From Mycobacteriales bacterium (GTDB lineage: Bacteria > Actinomycetota > Actinomycetes > BP-191): DNA of 64,000 nt. The notes below the pieces were generated by a model, which saw only the letters and a list, made by a program, of their open reading frames with translations, was not told the DNA's origin and ran no database searches. Of the stretch, positions 1 through 9,110 are shown piece by piece. The first letter of the stretch is position 1. Every line of letters begins with the position of its first letter. The stretch lies in the NCBI GenBank assembly GCA_036382875.1, contig DASVPJ010000041.1:2505-66504 (forward strand), in the 5' to 3' direction. The position numbers were made by a program, and so were the translations under genes.

Positions 1-150
1 TGCCGCCCCACGGGACGAGCGTCGCCGCGAGGCCGAGCAGCACCCCCGCGACCGCGGTTAGCGCGAGCGCGCGCGCCTCGCGGCGGCGGGCCGTACGGCG
101 GGCGTCGGCGACGGCGCGGCGGATCACCTCGTCCACGCCGTCCACGCTAC
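1..150 (-). CDS. Partial hypothetical membrane-anchored protein (3' part runs off window start)
   Basis: Minus-strand frame open to window edge with GC3-rich codons (VDGVDEVIRRAVADARR...LTAVAGVLLGLAATLVPWGG, hydrophobic stretch); possible GTG start near 150; no homology recognised. Confidence 0.25.
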
Positions 151-213
151 GCCGCGCGAAATGGTCAGACCTGGCTATGGCGGGGCGCAGCGTGCCGAAA
201 CACGATGTCTCGG

Positions 214-545
214 TCAGCGCGGCAGCAGCACGCCGAGCGCGAGCGACACCGCGTTGGCGACCAGCGACAGCGCGGCGATCGCCGGCGCGTCGCGGCCGAC
301 GCGCACGCGCAGGAGCGCCGCCTCCCACGCCACCGCGAACGCCTCGACGGCCACGAACGCCGCGTACCCCTCCGGCAGCAGCGGGAAGAGGACCAGCCAG
401 GTGAGCGGATGACTGGTGGCGTTGGCCAGCAGGCCGTCGCGGTACCCGCGCCGCGCGGGTACGCCGAGCGCCCGGCGCAGCCCGTACGCCCAGACCGGCG
501 GCTCGACGGCGAGCGTCAGCAGGAACGCCGCGAGGTAGCCGTTCA
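214..545 (-). CDS. Small integral membrane protein (about 110 aa), hypothetical
   Basis: GC3-rich minus-strand frame ending TGA at 214; GTG start at 545 (upstream frame becomes Arg-rich junk); hydrophobic segments (HPLTWLVLFPLLPEGYAAFVAVEAFAVAW..., AIAALSLVANAVSLALGVLL). Confidence 0.55.
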
Positions 546-642
546 CGCGCCGTGGCGGCCGGTCGCCGAGACCGCGGCGTACGTCGTCGTCGCGGCCGCG
601 CTCGCGTCCCGCGCGCCGCTGCTCGCGTCGGTCGTCGGGCTC

Positions 643-1476
643 ATGGTGCTCGGGATTCTGCACAACGCGTTCGAGCTCCGCTACGTGCTCGGGCGGTGGG
701 CGGGGTCGTTCACCGGCGCGTTCCGCGCGACCGTCCTCGGGCTCGTCACGGTGATCGCGGTGACGCGGCTCACCGGCGCGACGGTGACCGGGCGGCGGGT
801 CGAGGTGGTGGCCGGCTTCGCGGTGCTCGCCGCGGGCATGGCGTGGGGCGCGCGCCGCCGGCCGGTGCTCGCCGCCGTGGGCCTGCCGCTCGCCGTCGCG
901 ACGGGCGCGTGGGCGTGGACGCACCTCGACTGGTACTTCGTCGCGGTGACCTACCTGCACAACCTCGTGCCGTTCGTCTTCCTCTGGGACTGGTCGGCCC
1001 GGGCGCTCGCCGGCCGGGCGCGGGCGGCGTTCCGCGCGGTGCAGGGGGCGTGGCTGCTCGTCGTGCCGGCGCTGCTGCTGACCGGCGCGCTGCCGGTGCC
1101 GTCGCCGGCGTCGCAGCACGTGGCGTTCGCCGGGCCGCTCGCCGGCCACGTGGCGACCGTCGCGCCGCCGGCCTGGCGGGGGCCGGAGGCGGCGCGGCTG
1201 CTGGCGGTGTTCGCGTTCCTCCAGGTGCTGCACTACGCGTTCTGGTGCGCGTTCCTCCCGCGGCACGCGCTGGACGCGCCGCCGAGCCCGCGGGACGTCG
1301 CGACCCGCGCCGCGCTGTGGACCGGCGTGGCCGTCGTGGCGGCAGTTTTCGCGTTCGCCTACGTCGCGTCGTGGTCGTCCACGAAGATGGCGTACACGTC
1401 CCTGGCGAGCTACCACGCGTACGTCGAGTACGCGGTCCTGGCGCTCGTCGTGTTCCGACCCGTTGGAGAGAGATGA
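643..1476 (+). CDS. Integral membrane protein, hypothetical (start uncertain, may lie upstream of ATG 643)
   Basis: Frame of ORF 205..1476; only the part downstream of about 540 has coding character (GC3-rich, multiple TM helices: VLGLVTVIAVTRL, FAVLAAGMAW, LLVVPALLLTGAL, VAVVAAVFAFAYVA); N-terminal 110 aa of the listed ORF is antisense to the 214..545 gene. Confidence 0.6.
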   Translation: MVLGILHNAFELRYVLGRWAGSFTGAFRATVLGLVTVIAVTRLTGATVTGRRVEVVAGFAVLAAGMAWGARRRPVLAAVGLPLAVATGAWAWTHLDWYFVAVTYLHNLVPFVFLWDWSARALAGRARAAFRAVQGAWLLVVPALLLTGALPVPSPASQHVAFAGPLAGHVATVAPPAWRGPEAARLLAVFAFLQVLHYAFWCAFLPRHALDAPPSPRDVATRAALWTGVAVVAAVFAFAYVASWSSTKMAYTSLASYHAYVEYAVLALVVFRPVGER

Positions 1477-1622
1477 CCGTGGTGCTCGCCGACGCGGCCC
1501 CCACCGGCGCGGGGCTCGCGATCGTCGGCGTCATCCTGCTGGCGTTCGTCGCGATCGTGATCGCGGCCGTGTTCTTCTCGGTGCGCTTCCTCCTGCGGCG
1601 GGGGCGGCGCGGTCAGTCCTGA
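1473..1622 (+). CDS. Small single-TM protein (49 aa)
   Basis: ATG 1473 overlaps the TGA of the upstream gene (ATGA coupling); GGAGAG SD; GC3-rich; MTVVLADAAPTGAGLAIVGVILLAFVAIVIAAVFFSVRFLLRRGRRGQS is one TM helix plus a basic tail. Confidence 0.5.
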   Translation: MTVVLADAAPTGAGLAIVGVILLAFVAIVIAAVFFSVRFLLRRGRRGQS

Positions 1623-2056
1623 GCGCGGACGAACGAGAACTTCCCGTCCGGCTCCAGCACGCCGATCCGCACGTCGGCGAGGTCGCCGATGCCCTCGTTG
1701 CGCGCCGCCTCGAGGACCTCGTCGCGGGTGATGCGTTCGATCCGCAACGCCTCGTCCACCCACTTGCCGCGGTTCACGACGACGACCGGCCGGCCCTCCA
1801 GCACGTCGCGCGCCCGGCGCGAGCGGAACGTCAGCCACGACCCCAGCAGCGCGAGGAACCCGAACGTGCTCACCGCCAGGATCGCGCCGGTGACGCTGTA
1901 GTCCTCCTGCGTGACGCCCTGCTGCACGAGGTCGCCGATCGTGACGAGCACGATCATCTCGAACGCCGACATCTCCACGAGCTCGCGCTTGCCCAGCGCG
2001 CGGGTGAACAGCAGCAGGAACGCGTAGACCGCGGCCGCGCGCCACACGATGTCCAT
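1613..2056 (-). CDS. DUF421 (YetF-like) membrane protein
   Basis: 147 aa; N-terminal TM helices then C-terminal YetF-type domain (RITRDEVLEAARNEGIGDLADVRIGVLEPDGKFSFV); start TGATG-coupled to upstream gene. Confidence 0.8.
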   Translation of the reverse strand: MDIVWRAAAVYAFLLLFTRALGKRELVEMSAFEMIVLVTIGDLVQQGVTQEDYSVTGAILAVSTFGFLALLGSWLTFRSRRARDVLEGRPVVVVNRGKWVDEALRIERITRDEVLEAARNEGIGDLADVRIGVLEPDGKFSFVRAQD

Positions 2057-2574
2057 CAGGGCATCACCGTCGTCCGGATCGTGACGCCCACGACCGGGAC
2101 GCCGTTCGCCAGGACGGCCACCTCGCCGGTGGTGCCGCGCTGGCGGTTCGGCCCGGACCGCGTGTCGAAGTAGATGCGCAGCACGTCACCGGGCGGCGGG
2201 TCGAACTCCCACATCACGTGCGTCGCCGTCGCGGTCTCCATGCTCGGCGCGGGCTGCACGCCGTTCTCGTCGAACAGCGCGAAGTAGCCGGTCGAGACGC
2301 GCACCTGGATCGGCTCGCCGCCGAAGCCGCCGCCCTTGTGCACCCGCACCGACAGCGGCACCGCGTGGCCGGGGCGCGTGACGCGCGGGTACTCGACGAC
2401 GAGGTCGTAGCCGCCGCCGCTGGCCCGCGCGTGGGCCGTGCGCACGCCGAGGCGTCCGGTCGCGCCGAGCGCGAGCACCGTGGCGAACAGGGTGAGCAGC
2501 ACCCGGCGGGCCAGCCGGGCGCGCTTGAGCTCGTCGACGCGCGGCGCGACCGGCGCGGTGTCCGTCACGATCAT
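2056..2574 (-). CDS. Membrane-anchored/secreted hypothetical protein (operon partner of YetF-like gene)
   Basis: ATG at 2574 preceded by GAGGGGGA SD; N-terminal signal-anchor (RVLLTLFATVLALGATG); stop overlaps YetF start (TGATG). Confidence 0.65.
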   Translation of the reverse strand: MIVTDTAPVAPRVDELKRARLARRVLLTLFATVLALGATGRLGVRTAHARASGGGYDLVVEYPRVTRPGHAVPLSVRVHKGGGFGGEPIQVRVSTGYFALFDENGVQPAPSMETATATHVMWEFDPPPGDVLRIYFDTRSGPNRQRGTTGEVAVLANGVPVVGVTIRTTVMP

Positions 2575-2635
2575 GGTCGTCCCCCTCGGGGGGCAGTCGG
2601 GAAACCTGTCACACCCCGGCCGTACGCTCCTGGGC

Positions 2636-5413
2636 ATGTCCTTCGCCCGCCGTCTGGCCGCCGTCGCGCTCGGGGTCGCGCTGCTCGCGCCCGGCGCGCC
2701 CGCGCGCGCCGACGACGTGCCGCCGCCGCAGGAGCTCACCGCGGTCAACGCGCTGCCCCCCGGCGAGAACGGCCACTTCTCCGTCGCGGGCCAGGCCGCG
2801 GGCATGGCGTCGGGCGACCCGGACGACTACGGCCCGCACGTGGACGACCAGCGCGAGCTGTTCTGGGAGGGGCGGCACAAGCCCGGGTCGTTCGCCACGG
2901 TGTCCGGGCCGCCCGTCTCCCCGCGCGCGGGCGTGCGGATCTACCGCGACGACTACGGCGTGCCTGTCATCTACGGCGACACCGCGGCGGACGTGTGGTT
3001 CGGCGCCGGCTACGCCGCCGGCGTGGACCGGCTGTTCCTGGCCGACGCCGTGCGGCGGCTGGGGCGGGGGACGTTCGGCGAGCTGGGCGGGCCTTCGTAC
3101 GTGCCGGACGACGTGCGCGTGCGGCTCGGCGCGTACACCACCGAGGAGTACGACGCGATGCTCGCCGCGCTGCCCGCCGAGGGGCGGACCGCGATCGAGG
3201 CGTACAGCGCGGGCCTCGAGGCGCGGATCGGCGAGGTGCGGCTCGACCCGGCCCAGCTCCCGGCCGAGTACGTCCTGCTGTCCTCGCTGCCCGAGCCGTG
3301 GAGCGTCGTCGACACGCTCGCCGCGGGCGTGTACATCACGCGCTACGTCGCCTCCGCCGGGCTGCTCGAGCCCGAGCCGTTGCCGGTGCTGCGCGCGCTC
3401 GACACCGCGCTCGGGCGCGAGGCGGCGCTGGACGCGTTCGCCGACCTGTTCCCGCGCGAGGACCCGCTGACCACGACGACCGTGCCGAAGGCGGAGGGCG
3501 TGTTCGACGTCGACCCGGCGCCGACGGCGCAGCGGGACGCGGTGTACCGCGCGGCGGCGACGTACGCACTGTCGCTGCCGCCGGAGCTGGACGAGGGGCC
3601 GGGCACCGGCGCGTACCCGGTGCCCGCCTCGCCGCCGCCGCCCGTACCGCCCGCTCCCGGCCCACCCTTCGCGGCGGCGGCCGCCCTGCGCGGCGTGACC
3701 GCGCACCTGCGGTCGTTCGTGGGCGCGCTGCGCGGGGGGTCGTTCGGCTTCGCGGTCGCCGGCTCCCGCACCGCCAACGGCGCCCCGATGCTGATGAGCG
3801 GCCCGCAGCTCGGCTACTCCTACCCGACGCAGCTCTGGGAGCTCGAGGTGCACGGCGGCGGCTACGACGCCCGCGGCGTCTCCGTCCCGAGCCTGCCGAC
3901 GGTCGGCATCGGCTACGGGCAGCGGACCGCGTGGGCGCTGACGACCGGCTACTCGCGCACCATCGACTCGTTCGTCGAGACGACCCGGCGCACCGACGGC
4001 GCGCTGCAGTACCTGCACGGCGGGCAGTGGCACGACGCGGACTGCCGCACCGAGACCGTCCGCTACCGCACCGAGGTCCAGGGCGTGCCGGCCGGCCCGC
4101 CGGTGTTCGAGACCGACGTCGAGGCGTGCCGTACGGTGCACGGCCCGGTCGTCGCCGCGACGGCGGACGGCACCCGCGCGCGGTCGGTCGCCATCGCGAT
4201 GTGGCGGCGCGAGCTGGAGACCGTCAGCGGGCTGCTCGCGTTCGACCGCGTCGACACGTTCGCCGAGTTCGACCGCGCGGTCGCGCAGGTGACCTGGAAC
4301 GAGAACGTCCTCTACGCCGACGCCGACGGCCACATCGCGTACTGGCACCCCGGGCTGCTCCCGCGCCGCGCGCCGGCCGCCGACCCGCGCTTCCCCAGCC
4401 CGGGCACCGGCGGGTGCGACTGGCAGGGTCTGCTGCCGCGCGCCGCGCTGCCGCACGCGGTCGACCCCGCGCAGGGCTACCTGGCGAACTGGAACTCCCA
4501 GCCCGCGCACGGCTTCGACGACGCGCTCGGCGACCCGTACTCCGCGCGGCCCGCGGGCCAGGCCGGCCGGATCGACGTGCTCGACCGGCTGCTGAGCGGC
4601 GCGCACGGGCTCGACGTCCCCGCCGTCGAGGCGCTGGCCATCCGGATGGGGCGCACCGACCAGCGGTGGGGCTCCTTCCGGCCGGTGCTCGCCTCGCTGG
4701 CCGCCGCGGCCGGCGACTCGGCCGAGCGCCGCGCGGCGCTCGACCTGCTGCTCGGCTGGGACGGCACGGCGTTCGGGCCCGGCGCGGGGACCTCGCCGGG
4801 CGAGCCCGAGGACGAGACGGTGACCGACGGGCCGGCGCCGACGCTGTTCCGCGAGCTGGCCGACCGGCTGCGCGACCGGGTGCTCGGCGACCTGCCCGAG
4901 GCGGTGGTGCTGCGCGCCGACCAGGTGCCGGTCGCGGGCGACCCGTACGAGACCACGTCGCACGTCTTCGACGCCTCGCCGGCCGACAACCTCGTGCTGC
5001 GCGTGCTGACCGGCCGCACCGACCCGCCGGTGCGGCGCGACTGGCTCGCCGGCCGCACGCCGGCCGCGGTGCTGCGCGCCGCGCTGGACGACGCGGTCGC
5101 CGCGCTGCGCGACCGCTACGGCGCCGACCCCGCCTCGTGGCGCGCGCCGCACCCGCGCCGGCCGGTCGAGTCGCTCACCGGCGTCGTCGGGCCGTCGGTG
5201 ACCATGCCGTACGAGGACCGCGGCTCGTGGGAGCACATCGTGGCGTTCTCCCGGGCCGGCGCGCCCCCGCGCCCCGGGCCGCCGGCCCGCCCCGGCCGCG
5301 TCCCCGCGACCGGCCTGCCCGCCTGGCTGCCGGTGGCGGCGTTTGCCGCGGTGCTACCCGCCCTGTGGTCACGACGGACCCGGCGGCGGGGACCCGCGAC
5401 CTCCCCGCCGTAG
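2636..5413 (+). CDS. Penicillin amidase / acyl-homoserine-lactone acylase family protein (Ntn hydrolase, peptidase S45), secreted
   Basis: Signal peptide MSFARRLAAVALGVALLAPGAPARA; S45 hallmarks (GDTAADVWFGAGYAAGVDRLF; beta-subunit N-terminus GSFGFAVAGSRTANGAPMLMSGPQLGYSYP aligning to SNMWVIG...NGPQFGW of PGA); Pro-rich C-terminal tail with hydrophobic anchor. Confidence 0.85.
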   Translation: MSFARRLAAVALGVALLAPGAPARADDVPPPQELTAVNALPPGENGHFSVAGQAAGMASGDPDDYGPHVDDQRELFWEGRHKPGSFATVSGPPVSPRAGVRIYRDDYGVPVIYGDTAADVWFGAGYAAGVDRLFLADAVRRLGRGTFGELGGPSYVPDDVRVRLGAYTTEEYDAMLAALPAEGRTAIEAYSAGLEARIGEVRLDPAQLPAEYVLLSSLPEPWSVVDTLAAGVYITRYVASAGLLEPEPLPVLRALDTALGREAALDAFADLFPREDPLTTTTVPKAEGVFDVDPAPTAQRDAVYRAAATYALSLPPELDEGPGTGAYPVPASPPPPVPPAPGPPFAAAAALRGVTAHLRSFVGALRGGSFGFAVAGSRTANGAPMLMSGPQLGYSYPTQLWELEVHGGGYDARGVSVPSLPTVGIGYGQRTAWALTTGYSRTIDSFVETTRRTDGALQYLHGGQWHDADCRTETVRYRTEVQGVPAGPPVFETDVEACRTVHGPVVAATADGTRARSVAIAMWRRELETVSGLLAFDRVDTFAEFDRAVAQVTWNENVLYADADGHIAYWHPGLLPRRAPAADPRFPSPGTGGCDWQGLLPRAALPHAVDPAQGYLANWNSQPAHGFDDALGDPYSARPAGQAGRIDVLDRLLSGAHGLDVPAVEALAIRMGRTDQRWGSFRPVLASLAAAAGDSAERRAALDLLLGWDGTAFGPGAGTSPGEPEDETVTDGPAPTLFRELADRLRDRVLGDLPEAVVLRADQVPVAGDPYETTSHVFDASPADNLVLRVLTGRTDPPVRRDWLAGRTPAAVLRAALDDAVAALRDRYGADPASWRAPHPRRPVESLTGVVGPSVTMPYEDRGSWEHIVAFSRAGAPPRPGPPARPGRVPATGLPAWLPVAAFAAVLPALWSRRTRRRGPATSPP

Positions 5414-5489
5414 GGCCGAACGTCACCGAATCCGGACATCACCCGCCGCCCCCTCAAGACCCCGGGGGCCGGGGTCCGACCCGTTCTGC

Positions 5490-6407
5490 ATGCGTACGTT
5501 CCGGACCGCCGCCGCCCTCGCCGCCGCCGCCGTGCTGCTCCCCGGCGTCGCGGCCGCCGCCCTCCCGGCGCGGCTGGTGGCGGTGACGTACGACGCCGCC
5601 GGCACCGCGCGGCTCTACGCGCTCGTCAACGGCCACCGCCGCGCGCTCGGCCTGCCCGCGCTGGCGCTCGACACCCGGCTGGCCGGCATCGCGCGCACCT
5701 GGACGCTCGGCATGGCGGCGAGCGGCGACCTCGCGCACAACGACGCGCTGTTCACGTCCGCGACGCACGCGCTGCTGCGGATCAAGACGTTCGGCGAGAA
5801 CGTCGCGTACGCCTCGCGCGGCGTCGACTCCGCGCACCAGGTGCTGCTCGACAGCCCGCACCACCGCGAGAACATCGAGAGCCGCGCGTACGCCGTCGCC
5901 GGGTTCGCCGTCGCGGTCGACGCGAAGGGCGTCACCTGGGTGACCGAGGACTTCGGCAGCCGCCCGGTCGCGCCCGCCGCCACCACCGCACCGGCGCCCC
6001 GTCCGGTCGCGGCGCCCACCCCGGCCCGCGCGGCGAGCACCGCCGCCCGCCCCGCCGCGCGGGCGGCGATCGCGGCCCGCCGCCCGGCGCCGGTCGCCGC
6101 GCGGCCGGCCGCCCCCGCGGCACCGGCGTACGTCCCGCCGGCCTGGCCGCACCGGGCGTCGCCCACCGACCGCGTGGACCCGGCCGCCACCGGGCCGGCC
6201 ACCGCGCCGGCCGCCGCCACCGGCACCGCCGCCGGCGCCCCGCGGACCGCCACCCTCGACGCCACCCGCGCCGGAGGCCACCGGACGACCCCCGCCGCGA
6301 CCCCGCTCGCCGCCGTCGCCACCGCGCTCGCCGCGGCCACCGTCGCCGCCCTCGCCCGCGCGCTGCGCCCGCGCGCGCGGCGGCGTTCGGCCACACTGGC
6401 GGCGTGA
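5490..6407 (+). CDS. CAP (SCP/PR-1-like) domain secreted protein with Ala/Pro-rich C-terminal region
   Basis: Signal peptide MRTFRTAAALAAAAVLLPGVAAAA; CAP motifs (GHRRALGLPAL, HHRENIESRAYAVAGFAV); long low-complexity PA-rich linker and C-terminal hydrophobic anchor. Confidence 0.75.
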   Translation: MRTFRTAAALAAAAVLLPGVAAAALPARLVAVTYDAAGTARLYALVNGHRRALGLPALALDTRLAGIARTWTLGMAASGDLAHNDALFTSATHALLRIKTFGENVAYASRGVDSAHQVLLDSPHHRENIESRAYAVAGFAVAVDAKGVTWVTEDFGSRPVAPAATTAPAPRPVAAPTPARAASTAARPAARAAIAARRPAPVAARPAAPAAPAYVPPAWPHRASPTDRVDPAATGPATAPAAATGTAAGAPRTATLDATRAGGHRTTPAATPLAAVATALAAATVAALARALRPRARRRSATLAA

Positions 6408-6874
6408 CCGAGGAACGCGCCCTCGCCGCGCTGGACGCCGCCGGCGTCGCCTACCGCGTCGTCCGGCACGGCCCGGTCCGCAGCCTGGCCGAGGCCGCCG
6501 CCGCGCGCGGCGTGACGCCGGCCCAGGTCGTGAAGACGCTCGTCGTGCGCCGGGGCGAGGGCGACCACCTGTTCGTGCTGGTGCCGGGCGACCGGACGAT
6601 CTCCTGGCCGAAGCTGCGCGACCTGCTCGGCGTCAGCCGGCTGTCCCTGCCCGACGCCGGGGCGGCGCGCGACGCGACCGGCTACGAGCGCGGCACGATC
6701 ACGCCGTTCGGCTCGCTGGTGCAATGGCCTTCTATTGTCGACGAAAACGTTTCCGGGGAAATCACGCTCGGCGCCGGAGCGCACGGTGTCGCGGTCGCCG
6801 TGGAATCGGCGGACATCGTCGCCGCATTGAACGCCACCGTCGCCGACGTCTCCGAACCCGAGGACGCCGGATAA
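6404..6874 (+). CDS. ybaK: YbaK/ProX-type aminoacyl-tRNA deacylase
   Basis: GTG start overlapping upstream TGA (GTGA); family pattern (VKTLVVRRGEGDHLFVLVPGDR...WPKLRDLLGV...ITPFG). Confidence 0.8.
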   Translation: MTEERALAALDAAGVAYRVVRHGPVRSLAEAAAARGVTPAQVVKTLVVRRGEGDHLFVLVPGDRTISWPKLRDLLGVSRLSLPDAGAARDATGYERGTITPFGSLVQWPSIVDENVSGEITLGAGAHGVAVAVESADIVAALNATVADVSEPEDAG

Positions 6875-6884
6875 CCGCGCCCCG

Positions 6885-7925
6885 CTAAACGCAGCCCGCG
6901 CGCCGCCCGATCCGGCGCAACCCGGTCAGGTCGCCCGCGCCGTAGAGCGCCGACCCCACCGGCTCCAGCTCCGGCCGCATCATCTGGTGGTCCGCGTCGA
7001 CGTGGTCGAGCCCCATCACGTGCCCCAGCTCGTGCAGCAGCAGCTCGCCCTCCGTCCGCCCGGCGCCGAACCCGGAGCCGACGCCCGCCAGCCGCGCGAC
7101 GTCGACCACCACGAACCCGTGCCGGATCCGCGGCCGCCCCCCGCGCCCGGCGACCGGCTGCTCGAACCCGCCCGTCGCCGCGCGGCTGCCGCCGAGCAGC
7201 GCCGAGTCGGTGGCGTGGGTCCACGCGACGACGAGGTCGGCCTCGTACCGGAACCCGCGCCCGCCCGGCACGTAGCGCGTGCTGCCCAGCTCGCGGAAGC
7301 GCACCCCCGTCTCCCACGTGACCCGCCGCAACGCCTCCCGCAGGTCGGCCAGCGACGTGCCGCGCGCGGCGGCGGCGTTGACGCGGAACGTCACGACGGC
7401 GCACGGGTTCCACCGCGCGGGGACGCCGCGGGCGAGGAACAGGTACCGGTACGCGCGCGGGTCGCCGAGCCCGGTGTCCGTCACCTCGAGCGCCGCCGGC
7501 TCGCTCGCCGCGCCCGCGCCGGCCGCGAGCGGCACCACGGCCCGGACCTCGTACGTCGCCGCCTCCCGCCGCGCCAGCCGGGCGACCGCGGTGCCCGCGT
7601 GGTCGAGGACGACGCGCGCCACGACCGCCCACTCGGGCCCGGTCGCGAGCTGCACCTCGGCCTCGCGCCCGGCGAACGCGGGCGCGGTCACGGTGACGTC
7701 GACCGGCGCGTTCGGCGGCACCAGCCGCGGCGACGCGGCGACGGAGACGGCGGCCCCGAGCGGGGCGACCCGCCCGGGCGGCGCGCCCGGCGGCCCGCCC
7801 CTCAACGGGCTCGCCGGGGCGCCCGGTCCGGCACCCGGTCCGGCAGCCGGCGCGATGCCCGGCGCCGCGAGAACGGCCGCGGCGGCCACGATCACCGCGC
7901 GCCGGACGGCACACGAGAAGTCCAT
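6885..7925 (-). CDS. Secreted zinc metalloprotease (zincin, matrixin/snapalysin-like HExxHxxGxxH)
   Basis: ATG 7925 with GGGGGA SD; signal peptide MDFSCAVRRAVIVAAAAVLAAPGIAPAAG; catalytic motif HELGHVMGLDHVDADHQMM (Met-turn). Confidence 0.8.
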   Translation of the reverse strand: MDFSCAVRRAVIVAAAAVLAAPGIAPAAGPGAGPGAPASPLRGGPPGAPPGRVAPLGAAVSVAASPRLVPPNAPVDVTVTAPAFAGREAEVQLATGPEWAVVARVVLDHAGTAVARLARREAATYEVRAVVPLAAGAGAASEPAALEVTDTGLGDPRAYRYLFLARGVPARWNPCAVVTFRVNAAAARGTSLADLREALRRVTWETGVRFRELGSTRYVPGGRGFRYEADLVVAWTHATDSALLGGSRAATGGFEQPVAGRGGRPRIRHGFVVVDVARLAGVGSGFGAGRTEGELLLHELGHVMGLDHVDADHQMMRPELEPVGSALYGAGDLTGLRRIGRRAGCV

Positions 7926-8095
7926 GAACGTTCCCCCGTTCACGTGCGTTCCGCCCCCGCGGCCGCCCGTTGCGACGAGTCTTACGCCCGTTTTTGTCAG
8001 CCCCCTTCCCCATCATTGGCACGTCCGCGCCATTGGCGCTCCTGCGCCGGTGGCGGAACCACCCGCCCGTGCCACGGCACCTAACGTCCAAGGGG

Positions 8096-9070
8096 ATGGA
8101 ATTCTTGTTGCACATCGCCGGCATCGAGCCGCTGGAGGAGCGGCTCTATCGCGCCCTGCTCCGTACGTCGCCGCTGTCCCTGCCCGAGATCGCCGACACG
8201 CTCGGCGTTCCCGAGGGGCTCCTCCGCGGCCCGGTCGAACGCCTCGTCGCGATCGGCTTCGTCACCACGCTCACCGACGAGGGCGACCTCTACGTCCCCG
8301 TCCCGCCCGACCTCGCCCTGCACCTCGTGGTGAGCCGCGAGGAGCTCAAGCTGCAGCGGCGCCTGGAGGAGCTGAGCCGATTACGCGGCTCGGCCGCCCG
8401 CCTCTCCCGGCAGCTCGTCGGCGAGGCGAAGGAGAGCCGCATCGACGTCGTGCACGTCGTCGACGGCGACCCGCTGGTGCGCCGCAAGATGTCCGACGTC
8501 GCGCTCCTCGCCCGCGGCGAGGTCCGCATCCTCGAGCCGATGCCGCTGCCCGAGGAGGACCTCGAGACGCAGCCCGAGGTGACCCGCAAGGTCATCTACG
8601 AGCGCGCCGCGCTCGACGAGCCCGACGTGCTCGACCGCGTCCAGCGCCGCCAGATCGTCGGCGACCAGGTGCGCCTCATCCCGAAGCCGCCCGCGCGGCT
8701 CGTGCTCGCCGACGGCGACCTGGCGTTCGTCGGCCTCGACCCCGACCCGCAGGGGAAGGCGCGCGGCGCGCTGGTCCACCCGTCGCCGCTGCTGGCCACG
8801 CTGAGCACGGTGTTCGACCTGCTGTGGGACCGCGCGATCCCGCTCGACGTCGGCGTGCGGGGCGGCGCCGACACCGGCTGGCGGATCAGCGACGAGGACG
8901 CCGCCATGCTCCGGCTGCTCGCCGCCGGCCTCAAGGACCAGGCGATCGCCCGGCACCTCGGCATCGGCCTGCGCACGGTCGTGCGCCGCATCGGCAACCT
9001 GTCCCGCGCGCTGGACGCGGAGACGCGGTTCCAGGCCGGGCTGCAGGCCGCCAGGCGCGGCCTGCTCTGA
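8096..9070 (+). CDS. LuxR-family transcriptional regulator (C-terminal GerE-type HTH)
   Basis: ATG 8096 after AAGGGG SD; C-terminal LuxR HTH (DEDAAMLRLLAAGLKDQAIARHLGIGLRTVVRRIGNL); divergent from protease gene. Confidence 0.8.
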   Translation: MEFLLHIAGIEPLEERLYRALLRTSPLSLPEIADTLGVPEGLLRGPVERLVAIGFVTTLTDEGDLYVPVPPDLALHLVVSREELKLQRRLEELSRLRGSAARLSRQLVGEAKESRIDVVHVVDGDPLVRRKMSDVALLARGEVRILEPMPLPEEDLETQPEVTRKVIYERAALDEPDVLDRVQRRQIVGDQVRLIPKPPARLVLADGDLAFVGLDPDPQGKARGALVHPSPLLATLSTVFDLLWDRAIPLDVGVRGGADTGWRISDEDAAMLRLLAAGLKDQAIARHLGIGLRTVVRRIGNLSRALDAETRFQAGLQAARRGLL

Positions 9071-9110
9071 CCGATGCCCCTGGCGAAGGGGAGCCGCGGC
9101 CGGGCGTCGA

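Noticed and set aside
2218-5586. 1122-aa + strand ORF rich in Arg/Ala/Gly
   Set aside because: Alternative frame of the penicillin-acylase gene; extreme Arg/Pro/Gly composition typical of out-of-frame translation in high-GC DNA.
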